A stretch of DNA of 27,296 nucleotides from a virus (taxonomy: Duplodnaviria > Heunggongvirae > Uroviricota > Caudoviricetes). Shown one piece after another: positions 26,713-27,296 of the stretch (position 1 is the first letter of the stretch; each line of letters begins with the position of its first letter). The stretch is from IMG/VR virus record IMGVR_UViG_2531839440_000002, one strand, 5' to 3'. A model generated the notes under the pieces. That model was not told the origin of the DNA, did no database searches, and worked only from the letters and a program-made list of their open reading frames with translations. A program made the position numbers and the translations under genes.

Positions 26713-27296
26713 TGGCATTCAGAATGAGTGAACAACCACGGACCATAAAAATTTATAATCTGCTGGCCGGAACTAATGAATTTATTGGTGAAGGTGACGC
26801 ATATATTCCGCCTCATACAGGTCTGCCAGCAAACAGTACCGATATTGCACCGCCAGATATTCCGGCTGGCTTTGTGGCTGTTTTCAACAGTGATGAGGCA
26901 TCGTGGCATCTCGTTGAAGATCATCGGGGAAAAACCGTCTATGACGTGGCTTCCGGCGACGCGTTATTTATTTCTGAACTTGGCTCGTTACCGGAAAATG
27001 TCACCTGGTTATCGCCGGAAGGGGAATATCAGAAGTAGAACGGCACAGCCTGGGTGAAGGATACGGAAGCAGAAAAACTGTTCCGGAGCCGGGAGGCGGA
27101 AGAAACAAAAAACAGCCTGATGCAGGTAGCCAGTGAGCATATAGCGCCACTTCAGGATGCTGTAGATCTGGAGATCGCAACGGAGGAAGAAACCTCATTG
27201 CTGGAAGCCTGGAAAAAATATCGGGTGTTGCTGAACCGTGTTAATACAACAACTGCACCGGATATTGAATGGCCAACAGTACCCATTATCGAATAG
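26712..27296 (+). pseudogene. tfa: Tail fiber assembly protein Tfa with in-frame amber codon at 27036-27038
   Basis: [37 protein letters not shown]... then ...[22 protein letters not shown]... continuing in the same frame to a stop at 27294-27296; lambda Tfa has Trp at that position (recall). Confidence 0.75.

Noticed and set aside
25398-26924. Antisense and out-of-frame ORFs within the Nu1::Stf and tfa region
   Set aside because: The forward frame carries recognisable Nu1, Stf and Tfa sequence; alternatives are Gly/Ser/Ala-repeat artefacts.
1-27296. CRISPR arrays, tRNA or rRNA genes
   Set aside because: No regularly spaced short direct repeats and no tRNA-like or rRNA-like sequence recognised; the only arrays are the ori iterons and the two hairpin elements.

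Overview
This window holds the host gene ybhC followed by the left part of a heavily degraded, mosaic lambdoid prophage integrated at the lambda attachment site. Calls rest on reading the six-frame translations, motif recognition and recall of lambda, DLP12-type and IS element sequences; nothing was searched against a database. Order along the window: ybhC (1-1284, -); attL with the lambda core GCTTTTTTATACTAA; lambda-type int and xis; a short early-left remnant (55-aa orf, AT-rich substitution with a membrane-protein ORF, TraR/DksA-type zinc-finger gene, small orfs). No cI, cro, N, exo, bet or gam is detectable. Then a 179-aa gene, replication genes O (with in-gene ori iterons) and P, and ren. 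An AT-rich insert of about 4.8 kb (7634-12470) follows, carrying an HD-domain (dGTPase/SAMHD1-like) gene split by IS1 with a 9-bp target duplication, and a 500-aa TM, coiled-coil, DUF4041, T5orf172 (GIY-YIG-like) gene; this pair is the best candidate for an anti-phage defence locus. Next come nin-region genes (ybcN-like, ninE, ybcO, rusA, ylcG), Q and a tR'-like terminator. Between Q and the lysis genes lies a cargo cluster: a Blc-type lipocalin gene split by an IS66-family element (8-bp duplication), a DUF523/DUF1722 gene, IS2 (5-bp duplication) and an AraC-family regulator. The window ends with a phage-21-type lysis cassette (pinholin, SAR endolysin, Rz/Rz1), several small genes, a lambda-type cos site, an in-frame Nu1::Stf fusion ORF marking deletion of the head and tail genes, and tfa with an in-frame amber codon. 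No rRNA, tRNA or CRISPR array was seen.
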